Source: Chara braunii (lineage: Eukaryota > Plantae > Charophyceae). Taken from it: a stretch of 64,000 bases of DNA. This document shows, piece after piece, positions 1 through 11,074 of this stretch. The notes under the pieces are model-generated. The model saw nothing but the letters and a program-made list of their open reading frames with translations, was not told where the DNA came from and ran no database searches. Each line of letters begins with the position of its first letter. Position 1 is the first letter of the stretch. Position numbers and translations under genes: made by a program. The DNA is taken from positions 1,852,107 through 1,916,106 of the forward strand of contig BFEA01000015.1 of the NCBI GenBank assembly GCA_003427395.1. The letters are read 5' to 3'.

Positions 1-348
1 CTCTTCGCACTGCGCCTCCGCTTCCGCTCTCATTAAGTGCCGATGATGTTTGAGAGCCAACAGATACAAGGTCAGAGCAATCGCCAGTCCAGAGAGGGCG
101 ATAGCAAGAAGAAGATAGAAATTGTAAGGACCATGAAGACGACAATAACATGGAAGATCGGGATTACCACATTCGTTTCGTCGTCGCCGGAGGTCTCGTC
201 GAACGACGAGATCGCTGCTGCCAACCTCGTGATTAGGAAGATTGGAGGACACGTGGCGCAAGCAGGGAAACCCACCACCACATCTCCCAATCCAACAAGG
301 TAACCAAGAACGCGACATCATCAACAAACCACAACTCGGCACCGGCAT
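1..348 (-). CDS. Candidate 5' coding exon of a host membrane protein; runs off the window edge
   Basis: Hand translation from ATG 348 is open to position 1: MPVPSCG...NFYLLLAIALSGLAIALTLYLLALKHHRHLMRAEAEAQCEE. This gives one hydrophobic helix followed by a charged helix. It is absent from the ORF track because there is no stop inside the window. Confidence 0.35.
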   Translation of the reverse strand, partial: MPVPSCGLLMMSRSWLPCWIGRCGGGFPCLRHVSSNLPNHEVGSSDLVVRRDLRRRRNECGNPDLPCYCRLHGPYNFYLLLAIALSGLAIALTLYLLALKHHRHLMRAEAEAQCEE

Positions 349-466
349 TCTCCTAGTAACCCGCCCACTTCTCCTCCTCCTCCTCCTCTCCTCCTCCCCT
401 CCTCCACCCCCTGCCCCCCCCAGGTCCTTCACTCCCCCGCTCACGCATCCATCCCCTTTACCTTGA

Positions 467-470
<4 letters not shown>

Positions 471-546
<76 letters not shown>
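471..546. repeat. (CT)n microsatellite
   Basis: Directly visible. Similar (CT/GA)n and (CA/GT)n tracts occur at 2220-2447, 6594-6659, 6980-7074, 8692-8772, 28209-28287, 39716-40087, 40662-40738, 54012-54055, 55508-55873, 60875-60960 and 63958-64000, many flanking N gaps. Confidence 0.95.
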
Positions 547-548
<2 letters not shown>

Positions 549-2180
549 CGCAAAGTGTGCGTACACGGGAGGACAAGGATCGTATCGAGAGATTCACAAC
601 AGCCGTCGATTACTTATATTTATATTACTTAGTATTATTAGTGAAAATAAAATCGTCATCGCCCGTCTCCTGGCCGCATCTTGGATGTACCGTTCGGCGG
701 CTGTTGATAGATATAGCCACCGCGGCAATGATGATTCACACGATGAATGGATTTGGATAAGGCTACTGTCGATTTGGATAAGGCTGAGATTAACAAGTCA
801 TGACAACAAACCGGTGCATGAATCGGCGTGTAAGTCCTCCACAAACGTGACTCTCAGAATCGGAATAGACAGCAAAAGAGGCGGCGAGAATGAGACAAAA
901 AGAGAGAAAAGGAGAAAAAAGAGAAAGAAAAAGAGAGGAAAAAAGAGAGAAAAAGAGAGAGAAAAAGAGAGAAAAAAAGAGAGAAAAAAAGAGAGAAAAA
1001 AATAAGAGAAAAAAGAGAAAGACGGATATTCCGCTACCACTCTATAGCTCGTCGCAGCCCCCTGATTGCTCTTGTTCAGCGACCTCCTCACTCACTTTCC
1101 TTCTTCCCACCAGCCAGCCAGCGCGCGCATGAACGCTGGCCAGCAGTCTACTTACCGCGAGCGTCTTCACTCTTCTTTTCAATCTCCCGCCCATCATGAC
1201 TGCCATCAGTACACTCTCTCCTTATCGATTACTACTACCCCCCATTCTCATCCCCGCCATTCTCTTCCTCTTCCTCCTTCTCCTCCTCTTCTTCCTCCTC
1301 TTCTTCCTCCTCCTCTTCTTCCTCTTCTTACTCCTCCTCCTTTCCGTTGGTTTCTACGCTTTGACACGATTCAACCCCCCTCCTCCTACCATACGCGTCT
1401 TCTGTCTTCCTCCTCCTCCTCCTCCTCCTCCTCCTCCTCCTCCTTTCCCTTTGTTTCTACGGCTTGATACGATTCAACTCCCTCCTCCCTTCCATAAACG
1501 TCTTCTTTCCTTCTTCTCCTCCTCCTCCTCCTTCTCCTCCTCCTCCTCCTCCTCCTTCTTCTTCTTCTTCTTCTTCTTCTTCTTCTTCTTCTTCTTCTTC
1601 TTCTTCTTCNNNNNNNNNNNNNNNNNNNNNNNNNNNNNNNNNNNNNNNNNNNNNNNNNNNNNNNNNNNNNNNNNNNNNNNNNNNNNNNNNNNNNNNNNNN
1701 NNNNNNNNNNNNNNNNNNNNNNNNNNNNNNNNNNNNNNNNNNNNNNNNNNNNNNNNNNNNNNNNNNNNNNNNNNNNNNNNNNNNNNNNNNNNNNNNNNNN
1801 NNNNNNNNNNNNNNNNNNNNNNNNNNNNNNNNNNNNNNNNNNNNNNNNNNNNNNNNNNNNNNNNNNNNNNNNNNNNNNNNNNNNNNNNNNNNNNNNNNNN
1901 NNNNNNNNNNNNNNNNNNNNNNNNNNNNNNNNNNNNNNNNNNNNNNNNNNNNNNNNNNNNNNNNNNNNNNNNNNNNNNNNNNNNNNNNNNNNNNNNNNNN
2001 NNNNNNNNNNNNNNNNNNNNNNNNNNNNNNNNNNATCTCCGGCCCGAATGCATCCAGCGGTCGGTTCAACCACCCATCTCGCTCTCTCCGCCTCTCCCAA
2101 CACATCACCGTGTCCCCTCTCACCACCTCCCTCCATGCCATCTCCACGCCCATCTGCGCCTCCCTCTCTCTCTCTCGCTC

Positions 2181-2218
2181 CTGTCTCTTATACACATCTA
2201 GATGTGTATAAGAGACAG
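2181..2218. other. Nextera mate-pair junction adapter (head-to-head Tn5 mosaic ends); assembly artefact
   Basis: Exact CTGTCTCTTATACACATCT-AGATGTGTATAAGAGACAG. The preceding 2035-2170 is a near-identical copy of 8566-8700. Confidence 0.97.
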
Positions 2219-2315
2219 CACGCACACACACACACACACACACCCACACACACACACCGACACACCACACACACACCCACACACCACACACACACACACA
2301 CACAGAGCGCTGGTG

Positions 2316-2385
<70 letters not shown>

Positions 2386-2716
2386 CGACACACCACACAC
2401 ACACACACACACACACACACCGACACACCACACACACACACACACACAGGCACAGGCAGCGCCTTCAAAGCGGCATTTGCGGGCAGTATCATTCCGGTGA
2501 TGAATGATCGATACTCTAGCAGCGTTGGTGTCTCTCTCGCACGGACACAGACAGAGATACAAAAACACACATGAGGGCGCGCGCGCGAGCGCAGGCTGCG
2601 GGCATACAGAAAAAACTCGTTTTCTTGTTGGGCGGGTGGGTTGCCGTAGGCGCCCGAAACAAATTGGGTCGCTCTCCTCTTCATGCTGTTGGGTTGCCGT
2701 ACGGCGCCGAACCGAG

Positions 2717-2870
2717 GTCCCACTAGCAAAAAGGATAGGGTCGAGCTCCTGATCTGGATGTGTTTTAAGCTCAGATGCAGAATAGCAGTTCAATCTTCTC
2801 GATTTCCTGCACATCTCCACAAACTCGTCCAGATTCGGGCATTCGATCCTATCCTCTTTGCCAGTGGGAC
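2717..2870. mobile_element. Fold-back MITE-like element
   Basis: Left arm GTCCCACTAGCAAAAAGGATAGGGTCGA versus right arm (reverse complement) GTCCCACTGGCAAAGAGGATAGGATCGA. Imperfect complementarity extends about 65 bp. No TSD seen. Confidence 0.6.
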
Positions 2871-2909
2871 GAACAGCAAAAGCGCACGCTTCCCGCCAAC
2901 GCTATCTAT

Positions 2910-3031
2910 GGGCCTCGCTGCACTACTCTTCCCGTGCACAAAAGACAAAAAATATGGTGGTGTACCTTTCCATGTTCTACAGGAATATTCATTCTCATTT
3001 TGTGCATTTGGAGAGTACTGCAGCGAGGACC
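2910..3031. mobile_element. Tourist/PIF-like MITE, GGGCCTCGCT(C/G)CACTAC family
   Basis: TIR GGGCCTCGCTGCACTAC / GTACTGCAGCGAGGACC with 3-bp TSD TAT. Many family members in the window. Confidence 0.8.
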
Positions 3032-3081
3032 TATATTTTTATTTTTTTCGTGTTTGAACAAAAATACGGCGGGTGTATCTT

Positions 3082-3149
3082 GTCTCGATTCATGGGTGTC
3101 ATCCTTGGGCAGGGGGCATGCTAATCTTCTGTGTATCCCCGAGGACTGC
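3082..3149 (-). pseudogene. U6: U6 snRNA-derived retrocopy with internal deletion
   Basis: Minus strand reads GTCCTCGGGGATACACAGAAGATTAGCATGCCCCCTGCCCAAGGATGACACCCATGAATCGAGA, matching the plant-type U6 5' stem and core. Flanked by direct repeat GTGTATCTT (3073-3081, 3150-3158). Confidence 0.9.
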
Positions 3150-3188
3150 GTGTATCTTTCTATGTTCTAGCGAGAAAATTTCATTCTC

Positions 3189-4060
3189 TTTTCTTTTTTC
3201 TTTTTTTTTTTTCTTTTTTTCTTTTTTTTTTGCTTGAAACATGGCTCCATTCTATTTGTGGGGAGCAGCACATACTGGGAACCGGGCCCAGCGTCCCTTA
3301 TACACAACTAAACGAGGTATCTCGGGGCCGGGGTCCCCACAGTCTGCCCGGAGAACTGAGCAAAGAACAGGACGAAAATTGTAACAGTGGGAGTAGGCAG
3401 AAAACTCGTAACCGTATTACCCACCTACCAGACTGGGGTAAAAGGAAGAAATCACAGTCCCTCTCAGCTCTAGGCTGCCTGATTGAAAGTAGAGATACTG
3501 GGACTGGGAGATTGATCCCATAGGAGGTCAGAGTAGAATAGCTTCTCGTTAGTACCAAAACCGGCCCATTTATAAGGTACGGACCATTTTCTCCGAAAGT
3601 TTTCCATAGATACTTGCGGGGAACTAGAGCAACGTTTAGCTTTGGTCCATTCTGCAGTAATCTCCATTCTAACAGAGTGCCTAAACTTGGCGATCAGGGC
3701 AGAAAGAGGATGTTTGGAATTAAGGAAGCGCCTATCACGCCTTGCCACCCATAGTATCCAAAAAGCTCTTCTTCTGAAGATCTGAGCCACAGAGCCCGCC
3801 TGTTGGTGTTTGAAAACCTCCGGTATTCTACCTGTTATTACCAAATCTTGATTCCAAAAGCCCTTCACTGAGTACGCCTTCAGCCATAGGGAATCTGAAA
3901 ATTCCCAGAAACCTCTAGCAATGATGCATTCCCACCAGAGGTGCAGCCAATCTTCCAAAGACGGGTGGGAACAGGCGTCACATATTGTTGAGACATCCAT
4001 ACCTTTTTCTGAGCACCACAGAGCAGTAGGCACACATGAGTGGAGGTGCATCCATTGGAG
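3189..4060 (-). mobile_element. 5'-truncated L1-type LINE (C-terminal zf-RVT domain, 3' UTR, poly-A tail)
   Basis: ORF 3470-4051 has CDAC...EDWLHLWWEC and AFWILWVARRDRRF. A-rich tail at 3189-3231 (T-run on +). TSD TCATTCTC at 3181-3188 and 4061-4068. Confidence 0.85.
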
Positions 4061-5156
4061 TCATTCTCATTTTGCGCATGGTGCGGCGAGGCCAATATCA
4101 CATATCGATCTACGATAAATTGGAAGGTACCAAAAAAAAAACAAAAAAAAAAGGAAGGTACTCCGCCATGCGGCTGAATGGTGCACACGGGTGAATGTAT
4201 GAGGGCGTACTCACACTGAGACTGTCTTAAACGTATCTGACCGCGGTTATACCCAGATTACGTAAGAAATTCCTACTGTGAGTACTTGGGCGACGCCTTA
4301 GGGTTAACGCTACGCGATCTCCGCGACCGGCGGGCCGTCGATAAATCGAATAGACAGCCCGCCCTGCTTTGAGATTTGGGCGGCCGGCGCGGCGCACAGT
4401 GCCCAAGTACTGGTGGTTTAAGAAACGGAAAACCCAAACTATGCAATTGCTTTGAGAACGTCGCCGTGGTAGTTCACAAATAGAAGAGGGAAGTAACTTA
4501 GGCTGGGACCCCACTGCCGTGCAGATGGAAAAGCGGGTCGGCCGCAAAGAGAGGGCAAGAGTTTCTGGAAAGCTGGAAACTTATTTTTTCCGGGATCCCA
4601 GCACGGAGGCCGTTTCGCGGCGAAGCTGCGATGTTTCTTTCCTAAATAGGAAAGGGCAGTGGGGGGTGGCCGAAAAGGGAAAGTTTTTATTGTCCGGGAG
4701 GTGCCCGCTGGACCGACGGAACGGGGGAGCGTACCAGGTTTGGGTGACGCAGTGCGACATGTGCGAAACCTTGTGCGGCCAGATGTCGTCCTACAGGACG
4801 GCCGCATCGGGTCCCAGCCTTCCGAGAGTGAGGGACCCACCCCTCGTCACCGGTGAAAGGTCCATGTGACCGTTGCGGGAAGACACACAGGTGGGTGGTT
4901 CCCGGCTGCTGGAACACTGTCAAGCCCGTCATTCAGTCCTTGCGTTGGGCCGCGGACATCGCCATCGCCATCTCCAAAGGTCGGAAGTGCGCAACCGCCA
5001 TTTTCGTCCCTTGACAATTGACAGGCGTTTGGTTGTTTTTGTTTCGGCTGGCACTGGTGTTGCGCGGTCTGTGCCATGGACGGAGTGGGCACGAGGAGTG
5101 GTGGCGACGATTGGGACTACTCTACGTTCCTGATGTTGTTCATGCTCCATTAGTGG

Positions 5157-6317
5157 ATGAACCAAAGGAACGTGGCAGCGATGGCAGTCCTGCGAGCGGC
5201 AACTGCTTTGCCATCATTTGTGCCTGGCATGTCGTTGGCGTTGCTGCTACTAACGGGTGCAGTGGTGCATGGCCGGGCAGTGACGGACTTGGCTGCAACC
5301 TCACTCGCCAGTCGCATGAATTCTCGACGTCGAATTTGGGTGTTGGAACGTACTGCCGGGGTGTGGAAGGATCTCCAGAGGGAAGGCATGAGAAAGTCTT
5401 CCAGCGGTTCTGCAGACTTCCACGGTCGTTGTTTCATGAAGTCCTTGAGCGCATCACACCACACATCCAGCGGCAGACCACGAACTGGAGACAGCCTGTG
5501 CCCGCAACACAGAAGTTCGCATGCGCGCTTGTACGGTGGACAACAAGAGGCTTTTACAGACAATCAGGCCATAGCCTGGGAATCGGTTTGGCAAGTGCGC
5601 TTCGGAGCAACGAAGATGTTGCGGATGCGCTCATCAAGGAGTACGGGCATCTGTTGCAGTTCCCTACCGATCGCAAGCTCCCGGGAATGATGGACGCTTT
5701 CGAACGCAAGGGGTTTCCCGGGTTCGTGGGTGCCATTGACTGCACCCACATTTACTTGGAGAAGCCCATAAACATGAGGGGGGAGTGTTTCTACAATCGG
5801 AATGTTCAGTTGTCAATCGTGGCGCAGGTTGTGTGTGACCACGAGTGCAGGATTTTTTAGTGTGTACGTGGGGACACCAGGGTCTATTCACGACGACCGG
5901 GTGTTGCGAATGTCTCCTTTATACTGGCAAGCACAACGAGGCGAAGGCGTTTTCGGCACAGGCGGGGAGTTGCTTCGTGACGGAAGAGCGATTGGGAGGT
6001 ATCTGCTGGGGGATGCGGGGTACCCCCAGTTGCTGTGGATAATGACTCCTGTAGGGGGTGATGGAAGGACTTCCGCGGAAACGCTGTACGACGACTACCA
6101 TACCTCCGTCAGGTCGTGCATCGAATGCACTTTCGGGAGGCTGAAGGCTGTGTGGCGAGATTTCATCAGGAGACAAATTGGCAATATGAACACAATCCGC
6201 AAAGAGTTCATGGCAATCTGTATACTCCATAACATTATGATAGATCATAGGGTGGTGGTGGATCCTGATGTGCTTTTGGATGGCAGTGACAGTGACCGGT
6301 CTGCTGCAGAGAGCTGA
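5157..6317 (+). pseudogene. Harbinger DDE transposase (DDE_Tnp_4/HARBI1-like), two frameshifts
   Basis: Motifs GAIDCTH, PGSIHDDRV, LGDAGYP, RSCIECTFGRLK, ICILHN are spread over ORFs 5157-, 5018-5860 and 5802-6317. Frameshifts near 5385 and 5855. Confidence 0.9.
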
Positions 6318-6593
6318 CCTGCCTATCGCCGGCGTCGAAGGCAACACAATCCTGCTCTTGTCCTGCCCCCCCCGAGGAGGATGCCGCATGTGCTATGGAT
6401 TTCGGCAAGGAATTGCGGGAGAGCCTAATCATGCATGTCTGGCACCACAGTCGCATTCATGGTCCTGCAAGGGCGAACCCGTGGGGACGGTGATGGACGG
6501 GTTTTCGGTGCCGCATGTTTCGTGCAGTTGAACGGTTCGACAATCTAATCTGGATAGTGGCATTTGTATTGCTTTTCACCATTTGCTTTCGTT

Positions 6594-6661
<68 letters not shown>

Positions 6662-6979
6662 CTAATCATTTTTACGATACCAATTAATCAACTATGGACC
6701 TCTCGTGGTGGATGTTCGGCACATCACAGTGAAAAACATGTNNNNNNNNNNNNNNNNNNNNNNNNNNNNNNNNNNNNNNNNNNNNNNNNNNNNNNNNNNN
6801 NNNNNNNNNNNNNNNNNNNNNNNNNNNNNNNNNNNNNNNNNNNNNNNNNNNNNNNNNNNNNNNNNNNNNNNNNNNNNNNNNNNNNNNNNNNNNNNNNNNN
6901 NNNNNNNNNNNNNNNNNNNNNNNNNNNNNNNNNNNNNNNNNNNNNNNNNNNNNNNNNNNNNNNNNNNNNNNNNNNNNNN

Positions 6980-7062
<83 letters not shown>

Positions 7063-7629
7063 GTGTGTGTGTGTGGTATCCACAGCGAACGCTGTCGAGC
7101 AGCACAAGACATTTAAATTTGAAGACATTATGAAAACCTCATTCATAAAGTTTGATTGCGATGGGGATCATATGTTTCATTAAGGAAGAGGGTACGAAAG
7201 ACAAGTTAAGACAAAGTACACAACGGAAAAGGAAAAATAACCGAAAGCGCTAGCAAAAACACAGAAGCATGATAGTGTGTATAAATTCCAATCTGAAGAG
7301 GGTGAAGTCCAATGTTCGTTTTTCCGGACTTGATTGAAAGCACTCAATTGCCATTCACATGGAAAAAAAAAAAAAAAGCTGGAAATTGTATTTCAATTGC
7401 AAACACTACCTGAAAAAGTGAATCTGAATTCCGAAAGAGATGAACGACATTCTGAAAACAAACACGAAACCGTCTTCCATCTGGATGCACCGTTGTAACA
7501 TCTGGAAGCACAAAAGAAAAACTGACAAAAGAACCCAAATCGTCACTGCGGTATGGAACTTGCCCCAACAGATCATTATTTCGCCTCTATTGCGATGCAA
7601 TAGACAAAACAAACTCTCACGCACTGACA

Positions 7630-8205
7630 TAACGGCCGCGTGGCACAAAGATTCCCCACCAACCGGCCGCCACATGGCACAAAAGTACAACTCTCGTAGC
7701 CCTCCACGTGGCATAACCCTGCCCTGTAGTCCCACGCAAACGAAGACACATGGTGCGCACCCGTCGGCTGCCTCGTGGGGCATCGAGAACCCAGTCCAAG
7801 GCAACTGCAACCGACCCGAAATGACAGAAATACGTCACCCACCGGCCACCACGTGGCGCATTACTCAGCCCTTTCTGCCAGTTGCGAAAATGAAAGGCAC
7901 CCGTCGCCCGCCACATAGCGCATCGCACTACCTTTCCACGACAACCGAAAACGACCCTCACCCGTCGGCGGGCATGACTGAAATCCCCCATCCACAGGCC
8001 GCCACGTGGCGCATCACAGAACCCTCTCCCATTGTACTGAAAACGGCCCGCACACGTCACAGTACACTCCCGTGACGAAAACTGTCCGACGTGGCGTCGT
8101 GGACGACTTGAGAACCGCCGGCGTGTTAAACCCCCCGCCACGTCGCACTACACCCCCCCCTTCGGCGCAGATGATGGACACCGTGAAAACCGCTGCCATG
8201 TGGCA
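7630..8205. repeat. Degenerate array of CCACGTGG-cored units inside the Harbinger element
   Basis: About 10 variants of (C)CGCCACGTGGCGCATCAC at approximately 7637, 7668, 7702, 7770, 7846, 7908, 7998, 8088, 8136 and 8193. Confidence 0.6.
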
Positions 8206-8255
8206 AGGAAGTACTCCGACAACCAACCGGGAATCCGCTAGCCAGCTACGACGAG

Positions 8256-8580
8256 CTAAAAGCGAATCTCTCCGTGGAGATAATGGAGAGCGACCAGAGG
8301 GGGGTCGAAGAACGTGTAGTAGAACGCCCCCCTATCCAACCTGGCACCGTGATCATAGGCGAGGTTCTCGACGAAGTGTTGGACAATATCACTGACAATG
8401 TCACCCTCAACCAAGTCGTAGTCATCGGGGATGAATTCCCCCCTCTTCATCACCCATAGCAGCATGTGTGACAGCAAGCGCTTCCGATAACCAAGCGCAA
8501 CATCGATGTCCACGACAGCTCTGCCATTCACGTCCACGCAGTAGAACCGATGGGAGATGCGCGTTATCTCCGGCCCGAAT
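8256..8580 (-). CDS. Possible extra (cargo) coding segment inside the Harbinger element; unknown product
   Basis: Part of ORF 8256-8690 with globular-looking composition (HRFYCVDVNGRAVVDIDVALGYRKRLLSHMLLWVMKRGEFIPDDYDLVEGDIVSDIVQHFVENLAYD...). No motif recognised. Confidence 0.35.
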
Positions 8581-8688
8581 GCATCCAGCGGTCGGTTCAA
8601 CCACCCATCTCGCTCTCTCCGCCTCTCCCAACACATCACCGTGTCCCCTCTCACCACCTCTCTCCATGCCAGCTCCACGGCCATCTGC

Positions 8689-8774
<86 letters not shown>

Positions 8775-9460
8775 GTCGTTGGTGTCATCCTTGTCCTTCG
8801 TTTACCTTCGCAGCTATGGCCGCCCTAACACCCGCACCTTCGGCGTTCTCTCTCCCTCTCACTTCGGTCTCTCCCTCTCGATCGTCGTCGTCTCTCTCTC
8901 TCTCTTTCTATCTCTCTCCCTCTCTCCCTGTCAGTCCTCCGAACACCGCGCTGTTACCTCCCACGGGAAGACGAATTGACATCCACAACGCCTGCAATAC
9001 ATGACCACAGTGCAGGTATTTANNNNNNNNNNNNNNNNNNNNNNNNNNNNNNNNNNNNNNNNNNNNNNNNNNNNNNNNNNNNNNNNNNNNNNNNNNNNNN
9101 NNNNNNNNNNNNNNNNNNNNNNNNNNNNNNNNNNNNNNNNNNNNNNNNNNNNNNNNNNNNNNNNNNNNNNNNNNNNNNNNNNNNNNNNNNNNNNNNNNNN
9201 NNNNNNNNNNNNNNNNNNNNNNNNNNNNNNNNNNNNNNNNNNNNNNNNNNNNNNNNNNNNNNNNNNNNNNNNNNNNNNNNNNNNNNNNNNNNTTTTTTTC
9301 CGTCTTTCTGTATTGCATGGTGGTCGAAACGTACATTCATTTTTTCCCCCTGATTTCTTGTCATTGTGCCATGGATTCGGTGGTGCTGAAGGCTGCACAA
9401 AACTGGTCTCCTCCACTACGGTTCAACCCCTTCCACGATCAGTTCCGAAAAATCGGAGCC

Positions 9461-11074
9461 CTACCTCGAGGAGGGGTCCGTTTCAGCCCCCTCATCCACC
9501 CCCCTCCCACGTCGAGACCCTCTCCCCGCCATCACTCCAACCAGCATATCCAGAACGGCGTTCCCTTGCTGCATCGCCCCCGCAACCACCCCTATTCCCG
9601 TTGCCATGTCGCCCATGCGTGCGACCATCATGTTGGCACCTTCAGTAGTTGCGCGCGCGAGCGTGCCGACAGCACGGTCCAAACCTTCGCAGACAACCCT
9701 CGTTGAGTCCTCCATAGTCGATGCCATCCCATGCATATTCGCCGCCGATTCCCCTCCACGTGCCTTCCCCGACGACGTCCTACGAGTCTTCGCACTGCCA
9801 TCAGAAGCATCTGTTCCCCCGCCTTCCGATCCCCCCTCACTACCCAGCACTGACCCTCCCCCTCTCAAATCCTCAGATGCCATGGTGTTGTCGCATCTCA
9901 TCGATGCCTTCAACCTATACCATTCCATGGCATCCCAAAGCTGCTTCTCGAACGTCAGCGACACTCCTTTCTTCCTCTGCTCGTCCGTCGTTAAATCAAA
10001 ATACGACTGTTGCCTTGACCCCTCACAAGCATCGCGGATCTCCTTCACCTTCTTCACAAGCTCGACCCACTTCTTTCTGCAATCCTCCCCTGTCTTGGAG
10101 TACCCCTCCTGCCTCATCCAGTCCGCGGTCCACTGCCATCTTCTACATCTCGTCATGTGTCTTTGAGGACCTTCAGCGCCAGCCATCAACGCGTCATCCT
10201 CGACTGCAACCGTCGCCAGCTTCACTCGCTCCTCCAATGTCCAAGGACTGTTCTTCTTCGGCTTGGACGATGGCGTCGGCGCCTTCCGGCGTTGTTCGGT
10301 GGAAGGAGGCATGACATTCGTCGGTGCTCGTTCTTGAAAAGGCGTCCCCGTTGTCCCGGCCGATGATCCTGCAGCGCCGGATGCGGCAACTTTACCACCG
10401 CCACCCCCATCCTCTGACCCATCCCCTCCGAACTCCCAATGATTGCCCGTATCACGCATGTATCCCTCCTCTGCTGCGTCAGTTCGCTCTACGCCGGAAG
10501 CACGACTCCCCCTCATCGGCGGGGGTGTTGTGGCATGCGTGTTCCTGGATTCCCCCCCGAATAAGTGCCCATCACCTCCCGCTCTCTGCAGCGACCCTTG
10601 AGGGTGGAATGTTGGTTGCCCAGTGACCCCTGCAGGCCCTAGGCAGGGTTGGTAGCCGCCTTGAGGTAGACGTCGCTGCGGTGATTGCAGATCAAGATTG
10701 GGAGATGGGACCCCCTCAACCGCATTGTCTCTTATCGAGCCGAAGCGAGCGGAAATCGACGAGAACCCAGGCATAGCCGGAGAGCGCTGGTTGCACCCGG
10801 GAGCCACACGCGTGTACTCTGAAGAACCCCAAATGCCTGCACCTGTGGCACTTGACCACCCCTGCCCACCGACCGATCTGTTGTATTGTCGCTGCCTTGA
10901 GCTCGTTGCTGCGATTGGAGGCATTGCAGGTCGACCAAAGGTGCTCATCGCAGATGTGTGCGTGGAGACGGGCACATTGTGAGAGAGATGGGTCAGCTGC
11001 ATTTCACCAGGCATGATATTGCATACGACCACGATGGTGGCGGATGTCCTCCGTCGGAGCGCGGTTGTATGCAC
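9461..11074 (-). CDS. Harbinger Myb/SANT-like (trihelix) DNA-binding protein
   Basis: 537-aa ORF with WTLEERVKL...RWQWTADWMRQEGYSKTGEDCRKKWVEL and a C-terminal amphipathic helix. Convergent with the transposase inside the TIRs. Confidence 0.88.
   Translation of the reverse strand: MHTTALRRRTSATIVVVCNIMPGEMQLTHLSHNVPVSTHTSAMSTFGRPAMPPIAATSSRQRQYNRSVGGQGWSSATGAGIWGSSEYTRVAPGCNQRSPAMPGFSSISARFGSIRDNAVEGVPSPNLDLQSPQRRLPQGGYQPCLGPAGVTGQPTFHPQGSLQRAGGDGHLFGGESRNTHATTPPPMRGSRASGVERTDAAEEGYMRDTGNHWEFGGDGSEDGGGGGKVAASGAAGSSAGTTGTPFQERAPTNVMPPSTEQRRKAPTPSSKPKKNSPWTLEERVKLATVAVEDDALMAGAEGPQRHMTRCRRWQWTADWMRQEGYSKTGEDCRKKWVELVKKVKEIRDACEGSRQQSYFDLTTDEQRKKGVSLTFEKQLWDAMEWYRLKASMRCDNTMASEDLRGGGSVLGSEGGSEGGGTDASDGSAKTRRTSSGKARGGESAANMHGMASTMEDSTRVVCEGLDRAVGTLARATTEGANMMVARMGDMATGIGVVAGAMQQGNAVLDMLVGVMAGRGSRRGRGVDEGAETDPSSR

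Noticed and set aside
1196-2729. Long ORFs spanning microsatellites and N runs (also 11141-12633, 39582-40247, 53092-54119, 55286-56050, 60318-61183)
   Set aside because: They are artefacts of stop-free simple repeats and gaps.
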